A stretch of 64,000 bases of DNA from the NCBI GenBank assembly GCA_964592635.1, contig CAZQFZ010000001.1, positions 10,974 through 74,973 of the forward strand, in the 5' to 3' direction. The translations under genes were made by a program, and so were the position numbers. Under the pieces are notes generated by a model, which had not been told where the DNA came from, did not search any database, and saw nothing but the letters and a program-made list of their open reading frames with translations. Positions 49,809 through 59,738 of this stretch are shown piece after piece; position 1 is the first letter of the stretch, and each line of letters starts with the position of its first letter. Source of the stretch: an uncultured Rhizobium sp. (GTDB lineage Bacteria > Bacteroidota > Bacteroidia > NS11-12g > UBA955).

Positions 49809-51599
49809 CTAATCATTTAGTTTCAAAACAGCCATGAAGGCACTTTGAGGAATATCAACATTTCCAACGCTGCGCATACGCTTTTTACCTTCTTTTTGCT
49901 TTTCAAGAAGTTTTCTCTTACGAGAGATGTCACCACCGTAACACTTGGCAGTCACGTCTTTACGTAAAGCAGAGATGGTTTCCCGCGCAATAATTTTGGC
50001 ACCGATACCTGCTTGAATTGCAATTTCAAATTGTTGTTTTGGAATCAAATCTTTGAGTTTTTTGCAAATCTTTTTCCCTAAATCGTATGCATTGTCACGA
50101 TGAATAATGGCACTTAATGCATCTACTTGCTTTGCATTTAGCAAAATATCCATTTTCACCAAATGACTTTCTTTATAACCAATGGGGTGATAGTCAAAGC
50201 TTGCATAACCTCTTGAGATGGTTTTCAATCGATCGTAAAAGTCAAAAACGATTTCTGCTAGAGGCATATCGAACGTTAATTCAACACGATCTGCGGTGAT
50301 ATACACTTGGTTTTTTAGAATTCCTCGTTTATCGAGACATAGACCCATAACAGGACCTACCCAGTCGGATTTGGTGATGATGGTTGCGTGAATATAAGGT
50401 TCTTCTACGTAGTCAATTTTATCGGGCGGGGGAAGATCACTTGGATTATTAACAGCAATGGTTTCGCCTTTCGTGGTGTAGGCAATATAACTCACGTTAG
50501 GTACGGTGGTAATCACGGTCATGTTGAATTCGCGTTCCAAACGTTCTTGGATAATTTCCAAGTGTAGCATCCCCAAAAAGCCGCAGCGGAACCCAAATCC
50601 TAGAGCTGCAGAGCTTTCTGGTTCGAAAACGATGGATGCATCGTTCAATTGCAGTTTGCCCATTGCGTCGCGCAGTTCTTCAAAATCTTCGGTTTCTACA
50701 GGGTAAATACCCGCAAAAACCATGGGTTTTACATCTTCAAAACCTTTTATTTCGGAATCTGCAGGATGAAGGAAATCAGTAATAGTATCACCGACTTTCA
50801 CTTCTTTCGCGTCTTTAATTCCAGAAATAATATATCCTACATCACCAGCTTTGATCACTTCTTTTGGGGTTAATTCCAATTTCAGAACGCCCACTTCATC
50901 GGCGTGATAATCCATGCCGGTATTCATGAATTTAACGTGTTGTCCTTTGCGGATTTCTCCATCCAAAACACGGTAATATGCAATGATTCCGCGGAATGGA
51001 TTGAATACAGAATCGAAAATCAACGCTTTCAATGAACCGGATGGATTTCCCTTTGGCGCTGGAATTCGTTCAATAATGGCTCTTAAAATATCAAATACCC
51101 CCAAACCGGTTTTTCCACTCGCAGGGATAATGGCATCTCGGTCGCATCCCAACAAATCCACAATTTCATCTTTCACTTCTTCCGGCATAGCGCCTGGAAG
51201 ATCGATTTTGTTGAGCACAGGAATGATGTGTAGATTGTGTTCCAGCGCCATGAATAAGTTAGAAATTGTTTGAGCTTCAATTCCTTGTGCAGCATCCACA
51301 ATCAATAATGCTCCTTCGCATGCAGCAATTGAACGGCTCACCTCGTAACTAAAATCAACGTGTCCGGGAGTGTCGATCAGATTTAGTATGTATTTTTTAC
51401 CATCCAATTCGTAATTCATTTGAATGGCGTGACTTTTAATGGTGATACCGCGCTCACGCTCCAAGTCCATATCGTCGAGCAATTGTGCTTGCATTTGGCG
51501 CTTATCGATGGTTTTGGTGTATTCCAAAAGACGATCAGCCAAAGTACTCTTACCGTGGTCAATATGTGCGATGATGCAAAAGTTGCGGATTTGTTCCAT
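49809..51599 (-). CDS. lepA: Translation elongation factor 4 (LepA)
   Basis: G-domain '[20 protein letters not shown]', and the LepA-specific C-terminal domain. ATG at codon 5 of the track ORF (MEQIRNF…) is preferred over the track's TTG. Confidence 0.95.
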   Translation of the reverse strand: MEQIRNFCIIAHIDHGKSTLADRLLEYTKTIDKRQMQAQLLDDMDLERERGITIKSHAIQMNYELDGKKYILNLIDTPGHVDFSYEVSRSIAACEGALLIVDAAQGIEAQTISNLFMALEHNLHIIPVLNKIDLPGAMPEEVKDEIVDLLGCDRDAIIPASGKTGLGVFDILRAIIERIPAPKGNPSGSLKALIFDSVFNPFRGIIAYYRVLDGEIRKGQHVKFMNTGMDYHADEVGVLKLELTPKEVIKAGDVGYIISGIKDAKEVKVGDTITDFLHPADSEIKGFEDVKPMVFAGIYPVETEDFEELRDAMGKLQLNDASIVFEPESSAALGFGFRCGFLGMLHLEIIQERLEREFNMTVITTVPNVSYIAYTTKGETIAVNNPSDLPPPDKIDYVEEPYIHATIITKSDWVGPVMGLCLDKRGILKNQVYITADRVELTFDMPLAEIVFDFYDRLKTISRGYASFDYHPIGYKESHLVKMDILLNAKQVDALSAIIHRDNAYDLGKKICKKLKDLIPKQQFEIAIQAGIGAKIIARETISALRKDVTAKCYGGDISRKRKLLEKQKEGKKRMRSVGNVDIPQSAFMAVLKLND

Positions 51600-51656
51600 A
51601 ATAATCCGCAAATATAGTGAATTTACAAGCGGTAAACGGGGGAAATCGTCAAATTA

Positions 51657-52646
51657 CTAACATGATTCGATTTCAATTGCCCAAACTACAACAAACGGAT
51701 CGTAACATCGCGCAAACACCGAAAAATGACGGTGTTTATCTCCCCATAACTCACCAGACATGCGAATAGTTTCACGCGTATTTTGGGTGTTTTGGGGGAT
51801 GGTTGATTCATCGAAAATTGAAAATTCAGAATTCCCAACGTTTACCATGAAATAATTAGAATCTGTGTGAATTTCATTTTGTTTTTCTAATCCACTAATT
51901 CCCGAAAATCCAGTAAACCGATGAACCAACATCTGCTCGCGAAAATCAATTGCTTTCCTTCCATAAGCCTTATACATCGCCTCTTTTGCCGACCAAATCA
52001 ATAGCGTTTCGATAGGTGTTTTGCAGAATTCTAACTCTTCCGGGCGACAGAATTTGGATTTGATTTTTTCTATTTGTGGACGAACGCTTTCAATATCAAC
52101 CCCAATCGCTTTGTTGACATTCGCTCCCCACAAAACCCAACAGTTCTTCGACTCTGTATTCACTGAGTTTGGTGATTTTTCTCCTAAAGTGGAATCGGAA
52201 GTATTGATTGAACCATCAATATTCATATCAGATTCAGCGTTGTTTTTGTAATCGGTTGACGTATTTCCCAAAGAAAATGAGGGTGGTAAGTGACTGTTAT
52301 TTCTGGTGCTGTTATTGGATTCAGTGGAGGTCGATGATTGAATTGAAATGGGCGGTTTTACCAGAGTATGACTGTAATTGATATACGGCAGTTGGGTGTT
52401 TAGTGTATGAATATGACTGCCTGTTTTGGTTGAAAGTTCGGGTTTCCCAAATTCGTTTTTTTCAATGTATGTCTCTGGATGAAGTTCGTTGTGTATCCAT
52501 TCCGTTGCGGCTTTTTCTAAAATTCGGCCTGTGATTTTTAAAGGATTTTCAATCAAGGTTTTACTTTCCAACCATGAAGAGTTAGTTTTGTAAAGCCAAA
52601 GTTGGCTGCCGCTGTCCTCGCATAACCACGAATCAATCAAAATCAT
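51657..52646 (-). CDS. Sfp-type 4'-phosphopantetheinyl transferase with ~75-aa S/T/N-rich low-complexity insertion
   Basis: PPTase motifs 'YINYSHT' (FNxSHS-like), 'GVDIE', 'WSAKEAMYKAYG'. The insertion 'ISIQSSTSTESNNSTRNNSH…NSVNTESKN' lies between motifs 1 and 2. The start-codon triplet overlaps the WD40 gene's ATG by 2 nt on the opposite strand, so a downstream TTG start is possible. Confidence 0.65.
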   Translation of the reverse strand: MILIDSWLCEDSGSQLWLYKTNSSWLESKTLIENPLKITGRILEKAATEWIHNELHPETYIEKNEFGKPELSTKTGSHIHTLNTQLPYINYSHTLVKPPISIQSSTSTESNNSTRNNSHLPPSFSLGNTSTDYKNNAESDMNIDGSINTSDSTLGEKSPNSVNTESKNCWVLWGANVNKAIGVDIESVRPQIEKIKSKFCRPEELEFCKTPIETLLIWSAKEAMYKAYGRKAIDFREQMLVHRFTGFSGISGLEKQNEIHTDSNYFMVNVGNSEFSIFDESTIPQNTQNTRETIRMSGELWGDKHRHFSVFARCYDPFVVVWAIEIESC

Positions 52647-53598
52647 GAGTCCAAAGTTAAATCTTTTAATTGAAAATCATTTTTTAGGACACAAGCAGGC
52701 GATTTATTCACTTCAAAGCGATGGGTTTGGGGGATGGTTTTCTGCTGGATCGGAAGGCTGGATTGTGCATTGGAAGGGCCAATCCGAAAACAACGGTTTG
52801 TTGATTGCACAAACCGGAGAACCGATTTATGCTTTGTATGTTTTTGGCAATGAGTTGCAGTTTATCGCGGCTGGTGGACAATCCGGAACCATCTACTTGT
52901 TTCGTTCTTTCATAGATGAACATCAAAATACCAAAGTTGAGCGAATTGGAGAATATTCAATTCATAATAAGGGGGTATTTGACTTCCAGTATTTGGGCAA
53001 TCATTGGGTTTGTTCGTGTTCTGCAGATGGGAGAATTGCTATTTGGAATTTGGATAATCCGCAAGAAACGGTAAGGTACTCAGAAAATGTGGGTGGAAGT
53101 ATCCGTTGTATTGAATTTAACCCTGAAATGTATAATTCGCAAAATTCTAGGATCATACGTGCAGGGGGGTACGGTGGAAAGATTTTTGAATGGAAGTGGT
53201 TGGAACTAGAAAAGTTATCTTTTAGGTTAGAATGGGTTCAAGAATACTCAGTGGGAAGCAATACGATTTTTCAAGTGGAACGCTTGCCCAATGGGTATGC
53301 CGTTGCGGGGCGGGATGCCAAAATTTGGATGTTGAACCAAACTTGGGAGAAGGAAATGCAAATAGATGCCCATTGGTATAGCATTCACGCTTTGGCATGC
53401 TCGCCGGATTTAAAATACTTGGCATCCGGAAGTATGGATAAGAGCATTCGATTGTGGGATGTGAGTTCGGGTGAAATTCAATTGCATCAAGATCTAGCAC
53501 ATCGAAGTTCCGTGAATAAAATACTTTGGCTTTCCTCGAATCGATTCATTACTTGTAGCGATGATGCCCAAATAATTTCTTGGAAAATTGAGTCTTAA
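52645..53598 (+). CDS. WD40 / beta-propeller repeat protein
   Basis: 317 aa with repeated '…GH...I..L…SGS.D..I..W' blades (…SCSADGRIAIWNL…, …SGSMDKSIRLWDV…). Confidence 0.6.
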   Translation: MSPKLNLLIENHFLGHKQAIYSLQSDGFGGWFSAGSEGWIVHWKGQSENNGLLIAQTGEPIYALYVFGNELQFIAAGGQSGTIYLFRSFIDEHQNTKVERIGEYSIHNKGVFDFQYLGNHWVCSCSADGRIAIWNLDNPQETVRYSENVGGSIRCIEFNPEMYNSQNSRIIRAGGYGGKIFEWKWLELEKLSFRLEWVQEYSVGSNTIFQVERLPNGYAVAGRDAKIWMLNQTWEKEMQIDAHWYSIHALACSPDLKYLASGSMDKSIRLWDVSSGEIQLHQDLAHRSSVNKILWLSSNRFITCSDDAQIISWKIES

Positions 53599-53619
53599 TT
53601 TCCTTGTATCTTTGCGGTA

Positions 53620-54594
53620 ATGAAACTGCTTAAGGGGTTTTTACTCATTGTGATTTCGTCCATGTTTTTGGACAATGCCACTGCCGTAAATGAAATTCCA
53701 ATTCAAATCGAAACAGACACTACATCCCCCGAGAAGAAAAAAAACCATACCATTCAGTTGCACGAAGAAGTGAAGCTCATTGGAGGTCGTTATATATTCA
53801 TGCAGTCGGGCTATCCAGTTGAAAAGCGGACGCTACAATATCAAAATTTCAATGGGGCATTGAACGATGTGCAATATGGAATTACCGATAATATTTCTGT
53901 GGCCGCAGGAGTGGTATTGCCGTTTTATGCCTATTTATCGCCCCAATTTTCTTTGGAAGTGGCACCCAAGCAACGCCTAGTTGTAGGTGATGTTATGGCA
54001 ACCAGTATGTTTTTGAATGAAGGTAATTCGCTTATTACCAATATGATTTTCGGAGGATATACGTATGGTGGGATACATGACCACGTCACAGCTGCTTTGG
54101 GAATATGGTCTGCTAACTTTCTACCATCAACATCTATGGTTTTTCAAATGGGCGGCTGCAAAAAACTCAGTCCATCCATTTATATATTGGGTGAATTTTG
54201 GTATTCACCCGGTTACCAAACCATGCGGAACGTGAGCCAATGGAAATTGGATGCTCAAAATAAACCCATTTTAGAAGACCCAAGCAATCCGTTGGGATCA
54301 CCGTATTTGTTGAATTTTACAGATATTACAGTTGGGCGACATTCTGTTTATGCTAATATTCAATTTCGTTTGATCAGCAACAAAAATCCGAATAAAAGTT
54401 GGTCGTTGGGTGTGATGTATTTTGCCAATGGGGGAGGGAAGTACACCGAGCAAGGAAGGTTCGGCGAGATAAGAAAACTGAGCAACCAATTCAATTTGCC
54501 GCTACCCAGCATTAGCTTTATTCAGCGTATAGGTGATTTCAGGCCAGTTAACGATTTGAAAAAAGTGGATCGTATTCTGCAAGGAGATTTTTAA
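53620..54594 (+). CDS. Secreted hypothetical protein (possible outer-membrane beta-barrel)
   Basis: 324 aa with signal peptide (…DNATA). Alternating amphipathic strands and a C-terminal aromatic residue. No known motifs. Confidence 0.4.
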   Translation: MKLLKGFLLIVISSMFLDNATAVNEIPIQIETDTTSPEKKKNHTIQLHEEVKLIGGRYIFMQSGYPVEKRTLQYQNFNGALNDVQYGITDNISVAAGVVLPFYAYLSPQFSLEVAPKQRLVVGDVMATSMFLNEGNSLITNMIFGGYTYGGIHDHVTAALGIWSANFLPSTSMVFQMGGCKKLSPSIYILGEFWYSPGYQTMRNVSQWKLDAQNKPILEDPSNPLGSPYLLNFTDITVGRHSVYANIQFRLISNKNPNKSWSLGVMYFANGGGKYTEQGRFGEIRKLSNQFNLPLPSISFIQRIGDFRPVNDLKKVDRILQGDF

Positions 54595-54599
54595 TATAT

Positions 54600-55142
54600 T
54601 TGCGAATGATTTTGTCGGACAAAAGAATACTCGAAGAAATCGAGAAAAAAACCATTATTATAGAGCCATATAATCGTAACGCATTGGGTAGCAATAGTTA
54701 TGATGTGCATTTGGGTCCATATTTAGCGGTTTATGAATCCGATATTTTGGATGCTCGTGTGCACAATACGATCCGACATTTTGAAATACCCGAAGAAGGT
54801 TTCGTTTTACAACCGGAAACCCTATATTTGGGAGTAACAGCGGAATACACAGAAACCCATGCTCATGTGCCATTCTTAGAGGGAAAAAGTAGTACTGGAC
54901 GTTTGGGAATAGATATTCATGCCACTGCGGGGAAAGGGGATGTGGGGTTTTGTGGAAATTGGACTTTAGAGATTTCAGTAAAAATGCCGGTACGCATTTA
55001 TGCTGGTATGCCAATTGGACAATTAATTTATTTCCCCGTTGAAGGTGAAATATTGGTGCCATACAATTCCAAAGCCAATGCGAAATACAGCGGACAACCC
55101 AATCGCCCTGTAGAAAGTATGATGTGGAAGAATAAATTCTAA
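54600..55142 (+). CDS. dcd: dCTP deaminase (housekeeping, dUTPase fold)
   Basis: 180 aa. N-terminal 'MILSDKRILEEIEKKTIIIEPY…SNSYDVHLG' is the Dcd signature. Size fits the monofunctional housekeeping enzyme. Confidence 0.85.
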   Translation: MRMILSDKRILEEIEKKTIIIEPYNRNALGSNSYDVHLGPYLAVYESDILDARVHNTIRHFEIPEEGFVLQPETLYLGVTAEYTETHAHVPFLEGKSSTGRLGIDIHATAGKGDVGFCGNWTLEISVKMPVRIYAGMPIGQLIYFPVEGEILVPYNSKANAKYSGQPNRPVESMMWKNKF

Positions 55143-55609
55143 ATAGACATTAATTTTTTGGCTATTTCCACCACCGCAGGGCATATTTTTATGTTATGCG
55201 GAATCAAATGCAAATGTGTATGCATTTTCCGGTGATTGGTATGAGGAAATTCGCGACATGCTTTGGGGCGGTAATCGTAAACAGAACAATAGTTATCTAT
55301 ACCCAAAAATGGGCAAGGACTCGTTTTTAAAGCCCAAATGCCATCGGTATCCAAGAATAAATACCTTTCAATAAATTGTGCGGGCTTCAATTTCAAATAA
55401 GAGCTCAGTCGCTCTATATCTTTCTCGAAAAACATGGGAGAAGTGGTTTTGCAGCAATTCGCACAAGTTAAACAATCTATTTTTTCGAATGCCGATTCGT
55501 GCCAATCTTGGAATTGTTCATCTAAGTTTTTGGGCGGTCGGAGCTTTAACTGTTTGATGGCCGCTTTTAGTTCTTTTTCTGGCAGTTTTTCAAGTTGAAT
55601 ACTGTGCAT
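55139..55609 (-). CDS. YkgJ-family cysteine-cluster (zinc/iron-chelating) protein
   Basis: 'CLTCANCCKTT…', '…CPFLGIDNYCSVYDYRPKACREFPH' is the CxxCxxCC…C…C pattern of UPF0153/YkgJ. Confidence 0.7.
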   Translation of the reverse strand: MHSIQLEKLPEKELKAAIKQLKLRPPKNLDEQFQDWHESAFEKIDCLTCANCCKTTSPMFFEKDIERLSSYLKLKPAQFIERYLFLDTDGIWALKTSPCPFLGIDNYCSVYDYRPKACREFPHTNHRKMHTHLHLIPHNIKICPAVVEIAKKLMSI

Positions 55610-55672
55610 TGGAAACTGTATTTTAACTTAATACTTCGGTAATCATTGGATAACTTCAAATTGCTACATACT

Positions 55673-56629
55673 TCAAGAAATGTCGTACTTATTCAATAAC
55701 TTCAGGAATACGGAGAAGTCTTTAGGATATTCCGCCTCAAAAGAACACAGTTCACCATTGAGATCTTCAAACTCAACTTCACGGGCATGCAATGCAAATC
55801 GAGGCATCAAAACGGTGTCTTCACCTGAAAATTTTCGTTTGATTAAACTTAATTTAGGAATTTGACTACCGTAAAGCAAATCGCCGGCAATTTTTGCATT
55901 TTGAGAGGCAAGATGAACACGAATTTGGTGTAAGCGACCGGTTCGTGGTTGACATTCAATTAGGGTGAAATGATTGAAATTCTGTAAGGTATTGAATAAT
56001 GTTTGTGCGGATTTTCCGTTTTGCTTATCGATTCTTATTTTAAGGACATTTTCAGTATTAATGGGTAAATCTACCCAAAGTTCATGGAACCGCACTTTCC
56101 CATCTACGATAGCATGATATAATTTTTTTACTCGTCGCTTTTCAAACTGTATGGAAATATGCCTATAGGCATCGGCATTTTTAGCAATAATCAAACAACC
56201 TGAAGTTTCACGGTCAAGTCGATGGCAAAGAATGGCATCTTCCCATTTTTTCTTTGCCCACTCAATAACGGATTCTGCCGTATATTTTCCTCTTTCAGGC
56301 AAACTCGGAATATATGGTGGTTTATTGATTACCAACCAATTGTCGGTTTCATGAATAATTTGAATGGATTGAATTTTAGGAGAATCTTTTCTTTGTGTGG
56401 AACGAGAATTGAGGTGGGATCTTTCGGCTTTTTCTACCGGTTTAAGTCCCCCGATATTTTTTGAATTGTCGTTGTTCAGTGAGTGGAATTGCAATTTATC
56501 CACCATTTCATTGGCTGAAAACTCAGAGCTTCCAGAAAGAAATGCTTTTAGAGTAGCAGCATCCCAGGAGCTGTAATCGTCGTTAAAGTCATCGTTTAAC
56601 TCTTCATCAAAGTGGTGTTCTTTGGGCAT
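55673..56629 (-). CDS. RluA-family pseudouridine synthase with ~95-aa acidic N-terminal extension (no S4 domain)
   Basis: Catalytic 'HRLDRETSGCLIIAKN' motif and RluA core from '…IQIIHETDNWLVINKPPYIP'. The N-terminus 'MPKEHHFDEELNDDFNDDYSSWD…' is low-complexity and acidic, so the true start may be an internal Met. Confidence 0.8.
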   Translation of the reverse strand: MPKEHHFDEELNDDFNDDYSSWDAATLKAFLSGSSEFSANEMVDKLQFHSLNNDNSKNIGGLKPVEKAERSHLNSRSTQRKDSPKIQSIQIIHETDNWLVINKPPYIPSLPERGKYTAESVIEWAKKKWEDAILCHRLDRETSGCLIIAKNADAYRHISIQFEKRRVKKLYHAIVDGKVRFHELWVDLPINTENVLKIRIDKQNGKSAQTLFNTLQNFNHFTLIECQPRTGRLHQIRVHLASQNAKIAGDLLYGSQIPKLSLIKRKFSGEDTVLMPRFALHAREVEFEDLNGELCSFEAEYPKDFSVFLKLLNKYDIS

Positions 56630-56650
56630 ACTGGTTTCGGTTGGGGTTTT

Positions 56651-56815
56651 GTGGAATTGTTGGAATGGTGTGGTTGATGGTGGTTATGTATTATTGGAAT
56701 GTGGAATTGTTGGAATGGTGTGGTTGATGGTGGTTATGTATTATTGGAATGTGGAATTGTTGTAGTTGATGGTGGTTATGTATTATTGGAATGTGGAATT
56801 GTTGGAATGGTGTGG
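56651..56815. repeat. 50-bp tandem repeat x ~3.5 (GTGGAATTGTTGGAATGGTGTGGTTGATGGTGGTTATGTATTATTGGAAT)
   Basis: Two perfect 50-nt copies, a third with an 8-nt deletion, and a partial fourth. Located between the rluA start and the upstream exonuclease gene end. Confidence 0.85.
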
Positions 56816-56855
56816 TTTTTATTACAGAGTAGGATAAAAATGGTTTTTGTTGAAA

Positions 56856-57623
56856 TTATTGGTTCATCAAACTCAAACGAATTCGGGTAAGTACTTTTTT
56901 TGTTTGCAGTGGAAAATCGCCATCCATCATCCAATTGTAGTAACTGGGTTCCGTTTTGAGAACATCAACCACAGGTTTCCCTTTATGCTTCCCAAAATTG
57001 AAAACGGCAACCTTTTTTTCGTTGTAAACAAATCGGCCGGCTAAATCCACTAATGTGTCTTGACCACTGAATTGATTCAACCCGTTAATATCATTGGGCA
57101 AATCGGTATATTTCTCCAATTGAGCTTTTATAATTTGCCAAGTAGCAACAGTGTCAGCCTCTGCTGAATGTGCGTTTTCTAGTGTTTGATTGCAATAAAA
57201 CTTATATGCTGCCGCCAAATTTCTAGGTTCTTTGACGTGAAAAATACGTTGAGCGTCTATGAATTTTCGATTTTCAATATCAAAATCAACTCCGGCTCTG
57301 TAAAATTCCTCTACCAAAAGTGGGAAGTCGAATTTATTGGAATTGAATCCCCCGAAATCACAGTTTTGTATAAAAATATTGATTTCGTTTGCAAGATCTT
57401 TGAAAGTGGGTTTGTCTGCAACATCGGCATCGTAAATCCCATGAACCGCGCTGGCTGCTTTTGGAATCGGAATGGTTGGATTCACTCTGTATGTTCTCAA
57501 TTCTTCATCTTGATTTGGGAATACTTTTAACAAACTTATTTCAACAATTCGGTCGTTGGTAATATGAACTCCTGTAGTTTCTAAATCGAAAATAACTAAA
57601 GGTCTGTTGAGTTTTAATTTCAT
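56856..57623 (-). CDS. DEDDh-family 3'-5' exonuclease (DnaQ/epsilon-like)
   Basis: Start taken at Met70 of the track ORF (MKLKLNRPLVIFDLETTG). The track's 5' extension overlaps trmD. Exo I 'FDLETTG', Exo II '…GGFNSNKFDFPLL', Exo III 'HSAEADTVAT'. Confidence 0.7.
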   Translation of the reverse strand: MKLKLNRPLVIFDLETTGVHITNDRIVEISLLKVFPNQDEELRTYRVNPTIPIPKAASAVHGIYDADVADKPTFKDLANEINIFIQNCDFGGFNSNKFDFPLLVEEFYRAGVDFDIENRKFIDAQRIFHVKEPRNLAAAYKFYCNQTLENAHSAEADTVATWQIIKAQLEKYTDLPNDINGLNQFSGQDTLVDLAGRFVYNEKKVAVFNFGKHKGKPVVDVLKTEPSYYNWMMDGDFPLQTKKVLTRIRLSLMNQ

Positions 57624-57708
57624 AGTTGAATTTTGGGGATTGGTTATGGTTATCGTTGTTTGAGTTGATTTTGTTTTGGGATTATATTTGATTTCTGATG
57701 GCTGAATT

Positions 57709-58398
57709 TCAATCGTAAAATTCTTCGTCAAGTAAATCGGGACGCAACAATCTGGTGCGATCCAAAGATTGTTCCAATCGCCATTCTTCAATTTTACCGT
57801 GATTTCCGCTGAGTAGAATTTCAGGCACATTCAAGTTTTTGAATTCGGTAGGCCGCGTGTATAATGGAGGGGCCAGTAAATGATCTTGGAATGAATCATT
57901 TAATGCAGATTCTTCATTGCCAATAACTCCTGGAATTAAGCGTACAATGGCATCAGCAATGGCTGCAGCTGCAATTTCACCGCCGCTTAAAACAAAATCC
58001 CCGAGTGAAATTTCATGGGTAATATAGAGTTCACGGATTCGGTGATCGATGCCTTTGTAATGACCACAAAGTATCAAGATATTCCCAGCTAAAGAAATCT
58101 GATTGGCCGTTTTTTGGTCGAACTTTTTACCGTCTGGAGTGGTATAAATTATATAATCGTAATTGCGTTCGGATTGAAGTTGCTCAATACAATTTGAAAT
58201 AGGTTCTGCCATTAATACCATTCCAGCTCCACCACCAAAAGGATAATCGTCAATTTGACGATATTTCCCTAAACCATAATCATGCAAGTTATGGATATGA
58301 ATTTCTGCTAGTCCTTTTTCTTGAGCTTTTTTGGGGATGCTAAAATTGAGTGGACTAAAGAGTAATTCTGGTACTGCGGAGATGATATCAATTCTCAT
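57709..58398 (-). CDS. trmD: tRNA (guanine37-N1)-methyltransferase TrmD
   Basis: Start at the internal Met ([13 protein letters not shown]…). SPOUT-fold motifs '…[23 protein letters not shown]…'. Lies in the operon rpsP-rimM-trmD. Confidence 0.9.
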   Translation of the reverse strand: MRIDIISAVPELLFSPLNFSIPKKAQEKGLAEIHIHNLHDYGLGKYRQIDDYPFGGGAGMVLMAEPISNCIEQLQSERNYDYIIYTTPDGKKFDQKTANQISLAGNILILCGHYKGIDHRIRELYITHEISLGDFVLSGGEIAAAAIADAIVRLIPGVIGNEESALNDSFQDHLLAPPLYTRPTEFKNLNVPEILLSGNHGKIEEWRLEQSLDRTRLLRPDLLDEEFYD

Positions 58399-58900
58399 GA
58401 TTGTCGGGATCGATAATACCTTCTGGTAGATCCACCGACAAAGTTCGCAAATTCTCATCGATATTCACTATCCACTCTTCTACAAATGGCATTAAAAAGT
58501 TGCGATTATCGCAAGAAACAGTGAACATGAGTTGCCCGGGAAAATTTTGGATCTCGGTGATGGTTCCGATGTTCTGATTTTGGTTAATTACTTGAAATCC
58601 GATCAATTGAATAGGGGAATTTTGAAATTCGACATCTGCTTCATCAAGGCCTACAGCGGAGCCAATGAGTTCTTGAGCTTGCTCTTCGGTGTCGATATGT
58701 TTAAGTTTTACAATTTCTCCGGTAGAATTCATGGATTCAATGAGAAAGGGGACCCCTTTTTCGTTGATAATAACGAACAGGTAGTCCCCTTCATCTGGGA
58801 TAAGATCATCATCATCCCAAAGTATGTTTAAACTGCCTTTATAACCGTGTTTGGAGGTGATTTTACCCAAATATGTAATTTGGGGAGGCAGAATATTCAT
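58388..58900 (-). CDS. rimM: Ribosome maturation factor RimM
   Basis: 170 aa. '[16 protein letters not shown]' N-terminal RimM signature, and a PRC-barrel C-terminal half. Confidence 0.85.
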   Translation of the reverse strand: MNILPPQITYLGKITSKHGYKGSLNILWDDDDLIPDEGDYLFVIINEKGVPFLIESMNSTGEIVKLKHIDTEEQAQELIGSAVGLDEADVEFQNSPIQLIGFQVINQNQNIGTITEIQNFPGQLMFTVSCDNRNFLMPFVEEWIVNIDENLRTLSVDLPEGIIDPDNHEN

Positions 58901-58905
58901 GATTA

Positions 58906-59466
58906 TTATTCTTCGGAAGTAGTAGCTTCTTCAGCTGCACTTTCAGCAGTTTCTTCAGAAGCGGTTTCTTCAGCACCTTCTTCTGTTGCAGATTCAGCAG
59001 CGATTGCATCAGCAGCTTTTGCTGCGATACGTGCAGCGATGTCTTCTTTGCGCTTAGTTTCAGCAAGTAAAGCTTCAGCTCTTTTCTTAGAAGCGGCATC
59101 GGATAAACCGTCGCGTTTAGCTTGGATACGAGCTTCTTTTTCTGATAACCATTGGTTGAAACGCTTATCGGCTTCTTCTTGGGTGATTGCGCCTTTACGA
59201 ACACCTACTTGTAAATGTTTTTTGTAGCTAGCACCTTTATAGGATAGGATGGCAGCAGCAGTATCTGTAGGTTGTGCACCATTCAATAACCACTCAGTTG
59301 CGCGCTCCAAATTTAAATCGATGGTAGCAGGATTGGTGATAGGGTTGTAAGTTCCTAATTTTTCGATGAAACGACCGTCTCTTGGTGAACGAGAGTCAGC
59401 CACTACGATGTGGTAGAATGCTCTTTTCTTTCTACCTTGTCTTTGTAATCTAATTTTGGTTGCCAT
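58906..59466 (-). CDS. rpsP: 30S ribosomal protein S16 with Ala/Glu/Lys-rich C-terminal extension
   Basis: '[42 protein letters not shown]' is canonical S16. An ~85-aa low-complexity tail follows, as is common in Bacteroidota. Confidence 0.9.
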   Translation of the reverse strand: MATKIRLQRQGRKKRAFYHIVVADSRSPRDGRFIEKLGTYNPITNPATIDLNLERATEWLLNGAQPTDTAAAILSYKGASYKKHLQVGVRKGAITQEEADKRFNQWLSEKEARIQAKRDGLSDAASKKRAEALLAETKRKEDIAARIAAKAADAIAAESATEEGAEETASEETAESAAEEATTSEE

Positions 59467-59526
59467 AATTTTCTCTTTCTACATTTTTCATCCTAACCCG
59501 TAGGACGTTTTTTTGTTAAATGGGTT

Positions 59527-59534
59527 GCAAACAT
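59527..59534 (-). promoter_or_regulatory. Candidate -7 element (TATGTTTG on minus strand) for the rpsP-rimM-trmD operon
   Basis: Matches TAnnTTTG about 60 nt upstream of the rpsP ATG. Confidence 0.35.
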
Positions 59535-59738
59535 AGTGAAATATTTTCAAATTCACACAAGTTATTCGGGACTTTTGCGGTAGAATTTACCAATAATTTG
59601 GTATATGCTATTATTTGTAACTACCTAATTTCGGAACCTAATTGGTTTCAGTATTTGGAAAGTACGAACGAGTATCCCCCGAAAGAAAAATATTAATTCA
59701 GGATGAATATCCGCAAACAATAATAACTTCCTTCAACA

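Noticed and set aside
54600-55142. dCTP deaminase as a possible nucleotide-depletion antiphage defence gene
   Set aside because: It is 180 aa with the housekeeping Dcd N-terminal signature and no fused kinase or extra domain. The neighbours are ordinary genes (YkgJ, rluA). Defensive dCTP deaminases are much larger multi-domain proteins.
56699-56890. 63-aa ORF spanning the 50-bp tandem repeats
   Set aside because: The translation is a repetitive W/G/V string produced by the T/G-rich repeat, not a plausible protein.
57623-57830. N-terminal 69-aa extension of the DEDDh exonuclease ORF
   Set aside because: The extension overlaps the 3' end of trmD in another frame. The conserved Exo I motif begins right after the internal Met (MKLKLNRPLVIFDLETTG), so the shorter gene was called.
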